Positions 19,201 through 25,645 of a stretch of 27,213 nt of DNA are shown here, piece after piece (the first letter of the stretch is position 1; every line of letters begins with the position of its first letter). The stretch is from Candidatus Scatosoma sp. (GTDB taxonomy: Bacteria; Bacillota; Clostridia; Christensenellales; Borkfalkiaceae): positions 1 through 27,213 of the forward strand of contig JAZNXZ010000026.1 of NCBI GenBank assembly GCA_045594165.1, in the 5' to 3' direction. The notes beneath the pieces are model-generated. The model was given only the letters and a program-made list of their open reading frames with translations, was not told the origin of the DNA and searched no databases. Made by a program: the position numbers and the translations under genes.

Positions 19201-22200
19201 AGCCGTCTTGATTACAGACGTTACACATACTACGTCAAATACAATGCTTTCACCGGTTTCGGTGTTTTGACAAACAACTGTCTTCTGCGCGCCTGCTGCC
19301 ATAGCGCCTACTTTAACGTTAATCTTACCGTTGCTGTAAGCGGTCATGGCCGTAGAAACGCCGTCTACCGTTACCGTATAGGACGCACCCTTAACGATGC
19401 CTTCGCTATACAACCAAGCGTCCATTTGGCCGTTGATAACGTATTGTCTCTTTGCAACCTTCGTATAATTCGTGAGAACACCCGTAGGCCACAAACCGTC
19501 CGTATTTTCTGCGTTAACCGCTACGTTTGCGAAAGAGGATGCAGACGTCGTACCGAATACGGTCGTCGCCGTCGTGGTATTTTCGCCGTTTACCGAAACC
19601 GTTACGTTGTCGATCGTCGAATTCGCCGTCGATGCCGCCAAAACCGAACCCGTAACCGTTACGTTCGTGAAGTTAACGTCCTTAACCGTTGCGTTGCTGA
19701 GCGCGCCGAAAATACCGTTTGCGCCAGCCGTGAAGTTAGATACGGTCTTGTGGTTACCGTCCAACGTGCCGCTGAACGAGCTGTTCGAAATCGTTGCACC
19801 GTCGCAGTCGATATCGTTTGCAAGTACGTAATAACCGCTGCCGCTGATAGCGTTCAAGCCGCTAACGTTCGTGATATAACCGCTGATTGCCAAAACGTCC
19901 ATAAATTTAACGTTTGCAGTCGTCGAGTTAAGTTCTACAATATAGGTCGCGCCCGCGCTAAGCGTTGCGTTAATCGTTGCCGCGCCGTCCGTTACCGTGA
20001 CGCTGTTTACCGTAGGCTTGTCGCTAGCGTCGTTAGCGTTTACAACTTTCGCCGTATACGTGCCAGCCGTCAATGCGTTGTCGTTGAGCGTGAAGCTGCT
20101 GCCAGCAACAACCGTCTGTTTGTCGTTAACCGTCGTCGAGGTTACGCTAGCAAGAATGCTTTCGATACCGCCAACAAACGTCGTCGCGTGCTTGGTTGCG
20201 TTCGTCGTATTTCTAATGGGACGACCTTCACCGTAGCTGTTAATATTCCAATGACTAACGATTTCAAGGAATTCCGCACCATACTGTCTTACATACGCAG
20301 GCGCATTGAACGTTGCCGTAGCGTAGTGACGCGTGGTACCACTGTCGTCCTCGTGTACTTCGTTTTCACCATGTACGTACATAAGCAAGTACAACGGCGT
20401 CGCTTTTTCAAGCTTGATATTCCAGTAATACGTATCGTAGTTAGGATCGTTGGGATCAAGGGCAGCAAGTGCCTGATCGATAAGATCTGCCCAATTTTTC
20501 AACGTATCTTCAGACATAGCCGTCGAATTCAATACGTCGTCGTGCCAAATGGACGGATCGTTACTGCTTACCGAGGGATCATATTCTTTCGTGGTTTTGA
20601 AATCATTCAAGTTTGCCCAAGCAAGCCATGCATCATAGTACGCCTGCATCTTTTCGCTGCCTGCGCCGTATGCACCATTGAAGTAGTCTTCAATCCAACC
20701 GTTCCAAGTGTCATCGGTAGGCTCTGCATCCCACGTCAATTTACCCATGATGTATTCTTTCAAACGGGTAAAGTTCACCTGCGAACCCATCATTTGGTTG
20801 AACATATGGTTTACGCCGTTATCAACAGCAACGCCGTAGTTTGCGCGGAGTGCGTTAAGAGAGTTATAAGGCACGAAGAACTGCGTTACCATGCCATAGT
20901 AACCCCACCAAAGAATGTCCATTTCACCGCTACAATAGGTAGTGTTAAGCGTATTGAACCCTTGCAAGTTTGTCAAGATGTTGTCGTTAACCAAGGAAGA
21001 CGTATCGGTTACGGGCACCGTATAGTCACCTGCCGTTTCTGCAAACCAAAGCTCGATATGCTTACCGTATTTTCCCAACTCAGTTGCATAATTAGCCGCA
21101 CCCGTAGGAGCAGGGTTGGTCATGTGATAGAAGAGCGACGAAATCTTGAACGTATCTTTACGTGCGTCGCCAGCAGTATTCAATGCCGAATAAACGTCTG
21201 CCGCTACGTCCAAAAGGAACTTCAACAAGTTATCAGAAGGATTGCCTGCCGCCGAACACGTATCGCATTCACACCAAACTCTGTGGTCCATGTGCGAGAA
21301 GCCAAGACGGGTAAGCTCGGGATATTCCTCCAATCTTGCAAGCATTTCGTTTACAACGACCGCCTTCATGCTCGCATAAGCCGTGCTATTGCCGTGTGCG
21401 GTATAGCAAAGTTCCGCAGGAAGATATTCGGGCGAGGACACCAACGTCTTGGAAACCACGTTGCCAAATTCATTGTATACAACGTCCGAATACGTTGCAA
21501 ACGGGTCGATTGCGCCATTGTTTACCGCATCGTCATGATACGGGTTTTCAATCGTTCTGTAAACCTCATTTTTGAATAATGAACCCAACGTTACCGTTGC
21601 GTACCATTGTTCATTGGTACCTTCTGTCGGATCATAGTCATTATTAGTACGGCTTTCCTCTTTGAAAGTGGTCGTTCTTAACAAATCGTCTACGACCAAT
21701 ACGGAGTTGTGCGCAACACCCATGTGGTATGCCGCTACTTGCACGTAATCCGTATTATTGATACCCAAGGGAATCATGCCGTCCGTATACGATTCTGCAC
21801 CGTATCCGTCTACTGCATTACCTTGCAATCTATTATAAGTAATGTCGCGCACGAAAGACTCGTCGCTGAAAATGATTTCTACGTCATTATCAACCATGTA
21901 CGTATCTTCCATCAGATATTCGTAACCAACGTGTCTGGAAAGGAATTCTTGTACGCCGTACAAAATCGCCTTGCCTTTCACGCCGCGGAAGTATGCGTTG
22001 CCCGTCGTTTCGTCAACAATCAACTGCGACGCCGTTTCCGCCGTAACCGACCACCCTTCTACTGCAACCGCCTCCGTCGTTTCACCGATAGAGATGTATT
22101 TATCAGAGCCGCTTACCGACGTTACGATCGGCAATTCCATGCCCGTTGCTTCCGCCAAAACTTTTTGCATAAGTTCTGCAGCTTCTCTTTCGATTTCCGC

Positions 22201-23247
22201 ATTATCCGAGCTTTCGTTGATATAAATCTTATAATCGGAGTTCGCGACATAATGCGTCGTGGAAACGATTTGTTCAACTGTATCTTTGGTAATGGTTGCC
22301 TGCGGGAATTCTCTAACTGCAGACGCACCAGTTGTCACCTCAACCGACGCCGTAATAACAGATTCGCCTTCTGCCTTTGCAGTAAGGGTGCTGCCGCTAA
22401 CGCCAATGACATCCGTGTTATCCGAGTCGTACGTGATATTGAAATCGTAGCCCCAGCCTTCCAATTTCTCTTTCGCCGTGTCAGAAACCGCCATGCCACC
22501 AATCTTGAGCACAGCCATCTTGTCGGACGAAGCGTCCAGCGAGTTTTCAATAAACGCCGTACCCGAATTATTGTTCTGCATAAACGAAACCATACCCGCT
22601 TCATTGAATACGAGTTCTACTTTCGTTTTGTTAACGACGTCTTGAATCAGGTCGGTAACGGTACCTTTGGGATCGAGATATTCCATCATTGCAACGTAAC
22701 CGATACTTCTGGTCGCGCTGTTTTCGGTGTAATAATACGTCGTATTACCCTCGCCGTCTGTAACCTTTACGTAGCTGCGCGCAACGATTGGACGGTTATA
22801 ATACTCGTCCGAAAGATTGTTGTACGTACCGTCTTGGTTTTTCGAACCCGTCAAAACGCTCGTCCACATCGTTTGTTCTTGATCCTGCCATTTCGCTACA
22901 GGAACGTCCAAAACTCTGTCCGTTTCATGCGTGAGCGTCTGCGAACCAAGATAGTCGGCAGGAATCATGAGCGTACCGTAACTAACGTCGTTCGTTTCAT
23001 CCCAGCCTGTAACCGTTGCTTTCGTATCACTGTCCAGAGTCGTATGGAAACGAATACCGTTAGGATTCGAGTTTCTTACCGACGCCGAATCCTCAATAGA
23101 AAACCCTTCCATCGTGCTGTACGTGGTTACAGCATCTGCTCCTGCCACTTCATGCTCAGATTGCATGAATGCCATTCCACCGACGACACAAGAAGCCGAT
23201 GCGCAAAGTGCCAAAGAAATAATCGCTTTTCTAATACTCTTTTTCAT
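10204..23247 (-). CDS. Giant secreted multidomain protein (~4347 aa): signal peptide, N-terminal domain of unknown function, Ig-like domain, DUF4838-like putative glycosidase, seven beta-helix-like modules, CBM-like beta-sandwich repeats
   Basis: Uninterrupted 13-kb ORF. AAGGAGGAG RBS before ATG 23247. Signal peptide MKKSIRKAIISLALCASASCVVGGMAF...AGA. WCECDTC motif at 21256-21276. Seven GYYxLxNDI...FxGxxDGNG motifs. Confidence 0.9.
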   Translation of the reverse strand: MKKSIRKAIISLALCASASCVVGGMAFMQSEHEVAGADAVTTYSTMEGFSIEDSASVRNSNPNGIRFHTTLDSDTKATVTGWDETNDVSYGTLMIPADYLGSQTLTHETDRVLDVPVAKWQDQEQTMWTSVLTGSKNQDGTYNNLSDEYYNRPIVARSYVKVTDGEGNTTYYYTENSATRSIGYVAMMEYLDPKGTVTDLIQDVVNKTKVELVFNEAGMVSFMQNNNSGTAFIENSLDASSDKMAVLKIGGMAVSDTAKEKLEGWGYDFNITYDSDNTDVIGVSGSTLTAKAEGESVITASVEVTTGASAVREFPQATITKDTVEQIVSTTHYVANSDYKIYINESSDNAEIEREAAELMQKVLAEATGMELPIVTSVSGSDKYISIGETTEAVAVEGWSVTAETASQLIVDETTGNAYFRGVKGKAILYGVQEFLSRHVGYEYLMEDTYMVDNDVEIIFSDESFVRDITYNRLQGNAVDGYGAESYTDGMIPLGINNTDYVQVAAYHMGVAHNSVLVVDDLLRTTTFKEESRTNNDYDPTEGTNEQWYATVTLGSLFKNEVYRTIENPYHDDAVNNGAIDPFATYSDVVYNEFGNVVSKTLVSSPEYLPAELCYTAHGNSTAYASMKAVVVNEMLARLEEYPELTRLGFSHMDHRVWCECDTCSAAGNPSDNLLKFLLDVAADVYSALNTAGDARKDTFKISSLFYHMTNPAPTGAANYATELGKYGKHIELWFAETAGDYTVPVTDTSSLVNDNILTNLQGFNTLNTTYCSGEMDILWWGYYGMVTQFFVPYNSLNALRANYGVAVDNGVNHMFNQMMGSQVNFTRLKEYIMGKLTWDAEPTDDTWNGWIEDYFNGAYGAGSEKMQAYYDAWLAWANLNDFKTTKEYDPSVSSNDPSIWHDDVLNSTAMSEDTLKNWADLIDQALAALDPNDPNYDTYYWNIKLEKATPLYLLMYVHGENEVHEDDSGTTRHYATATFNAPAYVRQYGAEFLEIVSHWNINSYGEGRPIRNTTNATKHATTFVGGIESILASVTSTTVNDKQTVVAGSSFTLNDNALTAGTYTAKVVNANDASDKPTVNSVTVTDGAATINATLSAGATYIVELNSTTANVKFMDVLAISGYITNVSGLNAISGSGYYVLANDIDCDGATISNSSFSGTLDGNHKTVSNFTAGANGIFGALSNATVKDVNFTNVTVTGSVLAASTANSTIDNVTVSVNGENTTTATTVFGTTSASSFANVAVNAENTDGLWPTGVLTNYTKVAKRQYVINGQMDAWLYSEGIVKGASYTVTVDGVSTAMTAYSNGKINVKVGAMAAGAQKTVVCQNTETGESIVFDVVCVTSVIKTAAQLAALGVGADNSLAVGNDIAGYYLLVNDIDCAGKLFTPGHSYGNSNFIGTFDGNGYTISNLIAGDSGIFGGLKNATIKDVNFTGVEIELSATAGWNYGALFANAARGNTTIENVSAQFTRITDIEDHDTSYFHTGLLIANGTHNRLIYRNVTLNVANATTRVENTIPCIFGSNVDAGALTCDNVTLLMKVSQQNAGIIYSYSDGSKQSPSSVKPAGVTIISAFGFTNTETEIAGGDSLTLTTNNESGTVTFTIPNAPEGVTLGGENGDVVSVADSVLPNTTFTVVADNGSYVDTRTFKVAKWKQTLDESVIIEKTVGTFNVPTAITGEIEYVKMNGVVLYNAATGVGSITDGVITCDSTEVAALANTPSQDLIIANEMYEYTLTAAVCDQIEYIETLDDLKKIGVGGLVNANEGDKTGYYMLANNITIEHADDMSDVVMAGYPHDYVNSVGVSNRFKGTFDGNGYTIDGIRVADGGIFGAMDGAIVKNVNFTNVEYIRNGLPASGTTYNNGSYIALLGHWAPNSTFENINITVASVPSEYSWQRMGMLIVTGSEGAATFRNITIDATGLTIDNILGITHSEDNVYENVTIIADGYFAIGYTGDSYTANGANTAAMLGEFPDGITFQHPFTITNTKTEVEIGKSFDVTVSSSYDALTYTYDLAETVDGVTVSDATVSVASSVAIGTQFTVVVTSNEGYVQEMTFTVGKAHTALAGTVTIEAITDTLDLSGINGISGDILSIKIESSDAAVEDLTVFSGSSATAGEFAMASRPVKMAHLGENKALLIETANTIYTVNANVYTMIIDSADELDQWQSVAADNSVAAGLVIELQKNAVLSGYFALGNDIEYNKVWTPIAKYAGGKGTLYQLLTAGVDVPADTEGAIWEDWGAGKNAGFKGVFDGNGHAIKGMETSGQYNAFIITMGGGTIKDVAFTGAKIGTQTSLIANRGSGTYENIYVQVVSMESGVSGTETQVFMTNTNTNAGGYSVMNNIIVDVSAVSFADLTYAKISNLAYTKTDGFYVLGVEVNDTILLDNNDSTEIVRVFRNCNTNTSSGDYDNAAAFVKANNLLDDATHGANVRSWATPWNVTDANVMTFGNYEVYDGLVEIEANAVDVNFGHTLAGTSVVIADTATVDLSEVYSYLEGKTVTVKYVDTVIYEGTIDSSSWAMPLAAFTAKDGGVKTLTLTAGTTKISLPINIVQNVIELNSTNVANVNALQSILQSNLYGHYVLTSDLDMSGASLKGIAVFYGILDGQGHVIKNTYIHHDSITNIEGETVTNNWINGVSVMNPAFIYVNNGTVENIGFDLNSFTLISGGSKRGIVYTNNGTVENVYAKVKVNDSHAGREYNDYLFTGFVAQENVGTVRNVMVDVIVTEGVTLIDNTIAAITYNNNGTIENAHAIITGASNIVAVKNNASATCYSYTLWSEVSADNVTAMGEPWSVVDNAVYFGTTEIGDLTVFAEIETAYENDVNHQITFEDAAFTEGSVWTMTVAGMEETEFTVETAGQLTVTIDAMAINATTTTVNLSSGATAISFTNVNVITYIKTAEDLKLIGRGRNSTTATDSANGYYVLANDITFEHADDYSDVITAGYAKASGTFGVAGSYEFRGVFDGNGHQLINMRVSDGGIFGTANGATIRNLILVDAQLLDSVPNTVSSETGGYASILAYVAPNTTIEDIEISLAKAPAGVWTYKRDGLLVNSGASGAATFRNIMVDASYMDLKTLLGTHHNTGNVYEDVVIKAASYLAIGYTADSYADGVQNTAALMESFPDGVTFETVAHAIIPNQPLDTSYAKLTQYTGDETAFGFADGTPIFEVVSSSTWDNRILFPADSDNYDYVEFDIYTTVATVFTAWPSNGSNTQGSMTIYGSQMNTSDGLARNVQVWDANGNTFAAQYTGGFAANTFYTVRICFVEGETVKYVHFGPNAAQTYYVTAARWGTCDVENDVYTNATGALLPKYEGDVTALGFDAGSTVTQVTIADAWNERIGINTSIKYDYVDVEWSFTGDRTVYSLCVWAYGTDASILTGNYTVTPTGGVPANNASARTIQVFDTNGNTVNAYAANTVYIMRVYLNGDASTLAVSTFDTSAESSAILNFGDITFGNEVEVNETVEISVEDGTFTLPDAIEGTVKAIMVDGAVVYSSTTGSLNGKDVAIDVELTAGAGKVMTVITDGDTYVMSATVKVPDVTGVAIQNTSNVELTAYTGDTTSMGFKASDAVYEIVNTNLWTDRILIPADSDNFDYVEFDVYPTVKVSAFTAWPSNGSGTQGSFGIYGAQMNPTNSVIRSVHVWDANGNTFAAQYTSGFEANTFYTIRVCFAEGETLKFLHFGTGTAQTYYISSARWGNFDVQNDVYTSATGALLPKYEGDVTALGFDAGSTVTQVSLAGDAWGNRVGLYGNVKYDYVDVEFSFTGDRTVYSLCVWAYGTNASILTGNYTVNAAGCTPANGASERKAYILDAQGADVASLAANTVYTLRVFLNGDTSAIAVSTFDTSAESSAILNFGDITYGNAYESDEYIILLPATGSYTLPDDINGTVKYIYVDGTLIYSDTVGSLDGNTGMYDADFAVGTEYDVVVYTHENDTYYLKAIGADAIIKTAQELQALGVGGRTVDGVKQGQGNSDVAGNDVEGYYVIANDIDASGIYFAAGYTQYKSYFRGTVDGLGHIVNNVIVSEGGIFGGMYRATVKNVTFAGVRYHGSSCGQGYNNNQNWGQYFGLFAHWADNITVSNVKVVIDQMEHKDWKNVALFSNRFQTANVSTFTNVEVEATGIALNVALGYQHTGENIVYDNVSIKAASVNVIGYSDDGTTALTEWPTGITYTQDATMVQFENTTKCVTSKYAGDVTELGFEAGTTVFTATQDARTSMWSAGSVLGLSMENQKTMIYKNAEDDYASIQFAVSRDITGYSSYIFFCWYYIDGVNQGGGGYLLSDGNANGCPTGLNVVAYNMDGTQATSFVANTVYELRWYGEGATAFGVGLAAQNDNPEVINVYWANPSSGNDAA
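11440..12621 (-). repeat. Intragenic tandem duplication, copy 2; boundaries approximate
   Basis: ATGALLPKYEGDVTALGFDAGSTVTQV and FTGDRTVYSLCVWAYGT are shared exactly with copy 1. Confidence 0.9.
12650..13836 (-). repeat. Intragenic tandem duplication, copy 1 (two beta-sandwich modules plus linker domain); boundaries approximate
   Basis: Matches copy 2 at a 1215-nt offset, e.g. an identical 38-nt tract at 13520-13557 vs 12305-12342. Confidence 0.9.
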
Positions 23248-23260
23248 CCTTTTCTCCTCC

Positions 23261-23371
23261 TTAATCGTCCCAAACTTCGCCACCGTAGTTGTCGTTATCC
23301 GATAACGTCACAATGTCGTCTTGCTCGAACATGACCACCAACAGCTTAAGCTCTTCGTAGTTTTTCATCAT
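23261..23371 (-). CDS. Small acidic peptide, 36 aa (MMKNYEELKLLVVMFEQDDIVTLSDNDNYGGEVWDD)
   Basis: Not in the ORF track. Strong AGGAGG RBS 6 nt before the ATG. Its stop TAA overlaps the AAGGAGG RBS of the giant gene. Confidence 0.75.
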   Translation of the reverse strand: MMKNYEELKLLVVMFEQDDIVTLSDNDNYGGEVWDD

Positions 23372-23420
23372 AAATACCTCCTATTCTGATGAATGCCTGT
23401 GTTGTGCTATATTTTTTTAT

Positions 23421-23475
23421 TTTTGCCAAATTGATACTTTTGCAGTTTTGCAAAATTGACGTTTTGCATTTTGTC
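23421..23475. promoter_or_regulatory. Cluster of TTTTGCA repeats, putative regulator binding sites
   Basis: TTTTGCA at 23438, 23446 and 23462, with variants at 23421 and 23469. Inverted repeat TGCAAAA-N6-TTTTGCA at 23449-23468. Confidence 0.45.
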
Positions 23476-23571
23476 ACAACGCGTCGCAAGAGTGCGCCCT
23501 CGTCTTTATATAACGCGCACGTATGCGTGTAGAGTGCCAAAATACAATATTTCACAATACTGCTACCATAT

Positions 23572-23600
23572 ATTAAACCATATCTTGGGGTATTTGTCAA
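23572..23600 (-). promoter_or_regulatory. Sigma-A promoter upstream of the small ORF and giant gene
   Basis: TTGACA-17 bp-TTTAAT with extended -10 TG. Confidence 0.7.
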
Positions 23601-23651
23601 TACTTAAAAATTGCAAATACATGCTCAAAAATATCATCTTTTCTTTTTTGC

Positions 23652-23695
23652 AAAAAAATAAAACGGTTACCTCGTAATTCGAAAAATAACCGTTT
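23652..23695 (-). terminator. Probable terminator of the AraC gene
   Basis: AAACGGTTA...TAACCGTTT inverted repeat followed on the minus strand by TATTTTTTT. Confidence 0.55.
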
Positions 23696-23716
23696 ATAAT
23701 ATAAAAACTGATGATA

Positions 23717-24538
23717 TCAATGCTTGTATTTTAACCGATACGCATAGGGAGAATCTTGATATTTTTCCTTGAATTGCTTAATAAAATACGCTGACGATTC
23801 GTAGCCCAACATTTCCGCGATTTCATTGACGGAATCCTCCCCATATAAAAGATATTCCCTCGCCCTTTTTAAGCGCAACTCTCTGCGGTACTGTATGGGC
23901 GACATCCCCATACACCGTTTGAATATTTTTCGGAAATACACTTCGCTGATGTGGCACATCTTCGCCAGGCTCTCCACCGTCGTGTTTTCCTGAAAACGCT
24001 CTGTGAGATATTCTACGCCCTTTTGTATCCAACCGAAATGTTTGCTGTTCGATTTCCCCAACTGTTCCAGTACCCCCAGCTCGCTGATTAACGTATACAA
24101 AACGCAATCGTATTTCACGGGCAACTGCGGCACGGACAAAGAAACCTGTTTGACATCGTTAAACAGTAATTCAAAAACTTTATTTTTGGGGAAATGCAAT
24201 ACATCGCAGGAAAACTCAATATTTTCCCCATTTTCGTCAAACAACGAAAAGTGCACGCCTATCGTTTCCGTTTTTTCTTCCTCCACGTCCAAAAAACGGA
24301 TATCGTATTCGCTACCTCTGGGCGTATAGACAAGATCCCCTTGTTGCACCTTAATTTGGTCCCCATTTTTGTTGGTATACACCGCACCTCCGCGAAGATA
24401 CAGTAAAAACAGATGCTCCTTTTTAGGCGTCCCAAAACAATCCCAGGTTTTATCGTGTTTCCAAACCTGCTTCAATACGCTCATAAATTTTACGGTATAC
24501 TGCGTTTGATAAAAATCAGAAATCTTTTGACAAACCAT
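23717..24538 (-). CDS. AraC family transcriptional regulator
   Basis: N-terminal cupin-like domain; C-terminal LAKMCHISEVYFRKIFK...GMSP...SVNEIAEMLGYESSAYFIKQFK. ATG 24538 has a GGAG RBS; starts at 24550/24553 are possible. Confidence 0.92.
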   Translation of the reverse strand: MVCQKISDFYQTQYTVKFMSVLKQVWKHDKTWDCFGTPKKEHLFLLYLRGGAVYTNKNGDQIKVQQGDLVYTPRGSEYDIRFLDVEEEKTETIGVHFSLFDENGENIEFSCDVLHFPKNKVFELLFNDVKQVSLSVPQLPVKYDCVLYTLISELGVLEQLGKSNSKHFGWIQKGVEYLTERFQENTTVESLAKMCHISEVYFRKIFKRCMGMSPIQYRRELRLKRAREYLLYGEDSVNEIAEMLGYESSAYFIKQFKEKYQDSPYAYRLKYKH

Positions 24539-24554
24539 AACTTTCTCCATCAAA

Positions 24555-24583
24555 AGTATAACACCTTACGAGCATAAAGTCAA
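24555..24583 (-). promoter_or_regulatory. Sigma-A promoter of the AraC gene
   Basis: TTGACT-17 bp-TATACT with extended -10 TG. Confidence 0.7.
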
Positions 24584-24763
24584 GTTTTGTTTCTAAAATT
24601 ATATTTTAATATCAATTTTATCTTACAAAATGCAAAGCGAAGTATTATAATTAAATCACAAAAGCAGCGGCGGATAAAAATTTTGTTATTACGCATTAAG
24701 CATTATCGTTTGTTTGTAAGGCATTTTGACAATTTGACGGCATACATGTCGCAATGAACACAA

Positions 24764-24793
24764 AAAAAGCACAGGATAAAGCCTGTGCTTTTT
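24764..24793. terminator. Bidirectional-type terminator hairpin downstream of the SHOCT gene
   Basis: AAAAAGCACAGG-ATAAAG-CCTGTGCTTTTT, perfect 12-bp arms. Confidence 0.8.
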
Positions 24794-24833
24794 GCTATCG
24801 TTTAAGTAAATTTCGTCGAAGTGTTTTTCAAGA

Positions 24834-25550
24834 TTAAAGCCCCAAAATTTGCTTTTTCTTTATTTCATATTCTTCTTGCGTAATAATTCCGCTATCCAAA
24901 AACGATTTCAGTTTTTTCAGGTCGTCAAGCTCGTCTTTTTCAGCTTTTTCTTGAACCACTTTCACTTCGGTATCTTTTTGCCGTTTATTGAGAAGTTGCG
25001 TTAATACGTTACCAATATCTTGAGCGTTTTCAATCATAAAGAATTTGGTGATACCCGATGATGTTGTAACACTGATTACAGACATTATTTTAGAGGTAGC
25101 GTATGCCGATACCATATGCATAGGCAGGGTAACCTCTTTCCCAAAAAATGTTTTTCCTTTTACGTTCGTTTCTGTAATCAACAATTCACTTCTCGTGTAA
25201 CCAAAATACAAAATGGTAGAAATTATCCCCAATCCTATAAAAATAAAGACGAAGATAGTTACAACCAAAACACGCGGTCCACCATCCCAAAAAGGAGTGT
25301 TAAAATAATAAGAACCAAAACTTGTTAATCCCCAATCCGCCAACAATTCTTCATAACTAGAATATCTGTATTCATATCGCTCATAGAAATATTTTGCATG
25401 CTCAAGCGCACCTTTATAGTCTTCTGAAAGATATGATATTTGCACCATTAAAAAAAGTAGTGCAATCATAAACTGACAGAATATCACTCCCAATAACACC
25501 CATTTCCATTTTTTGTCAAAGTTGCTTTTAATTAAAATCTTTTCATTCAT
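24834..25550 (-). CDS. Membrane protein with a C-terminal SHOCT domain, 238 aa
   Basis: Two hydrophobic segments; C-terminus DELDDLKKLKSFLDSGIITQEEYEIKKKQILGL. GGAGG RBS before ATG 25550. Confidence 0.82.
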   Translation of the reverse strand: MNEKILIKSNFDKKWKWVLLGVIFCQFMIALLFLMVQISYLSEDYKGALEHAKYFYERYEYRYSSYEELLADWGLTSFGSYYFNTPFWDGGPRVLVVTIFVFIFIGLGIISTILYFGYTRSELLITETNVKGKTFFGKEVTLPMHMVSAYATSKIMSVISVTTSSGITKFFMIENAQDIGNVLTQLLNKRQKDTEVKVVQEKAEKDELDDLKKLKSFLDSGIITQEEYEIKKKQILGL

Positions 25551-25583
25551 AGATTTTCCTCCAAAAAATTTGTTGATATGATT

Positions 25584-25612
25584 ATTATACGGAACATTTT
25601 GTTCCATGTCAA
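25584..25612 (-). promoter_or_regulatory. Consensus sigma-A promoter of the SHOCT gene
   Basis: TTGACA-17 bp-TATAAT. Confidence 0.85.
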
Positions 25613-25634
25613 GTATTTTGGAACATTTTGTTCT
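25591..25634. promoter_or_regulatory. Two palindromic operators GGAACA-TTT-TGTTC(C/T)
   Basis: Copies at 25591-25605 and 25620-25634, 29 nt apart, between the divergent SHOCT and XRE genes. Confidence 0.7.
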
Positions 25635-25645
25635 AAAATAATAGT

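Noticed and set aside
23248-23283. ORF-track start of the giant gene at 23283 (also longer starts at 5351, 6370, 10033, 25607, 26825)
   Set aside because: Downstream ATGs have better RBS spacing. The longer starts overlap the small ORF, terminators or promoters, or precede the RBS.
10270-23334. Long plus-strand ORFs antisense to the giant gene (825, 800, 770, 541, 352, 343 aa)
   Set aside because: Shadow frames from the codon bias of the real gene: Arg/Val/Cys-rich, no motifs, no RBS or promoter support.
23261-23371. Complete RiPP (lasso/ranthipeptide) cluster
   Set aside because: No RRE, radical SAM, cyclase, peptidase or transporter gene is adjacent, and the peptide has no Cys or YxxP motif.
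25591-25634. LexA/SOS boxes
   Set aside because: The Bacillota SOS box is GAAC-N4-GTTC; these are GAAC-N5-GTTC and sit beside an XRE gene.
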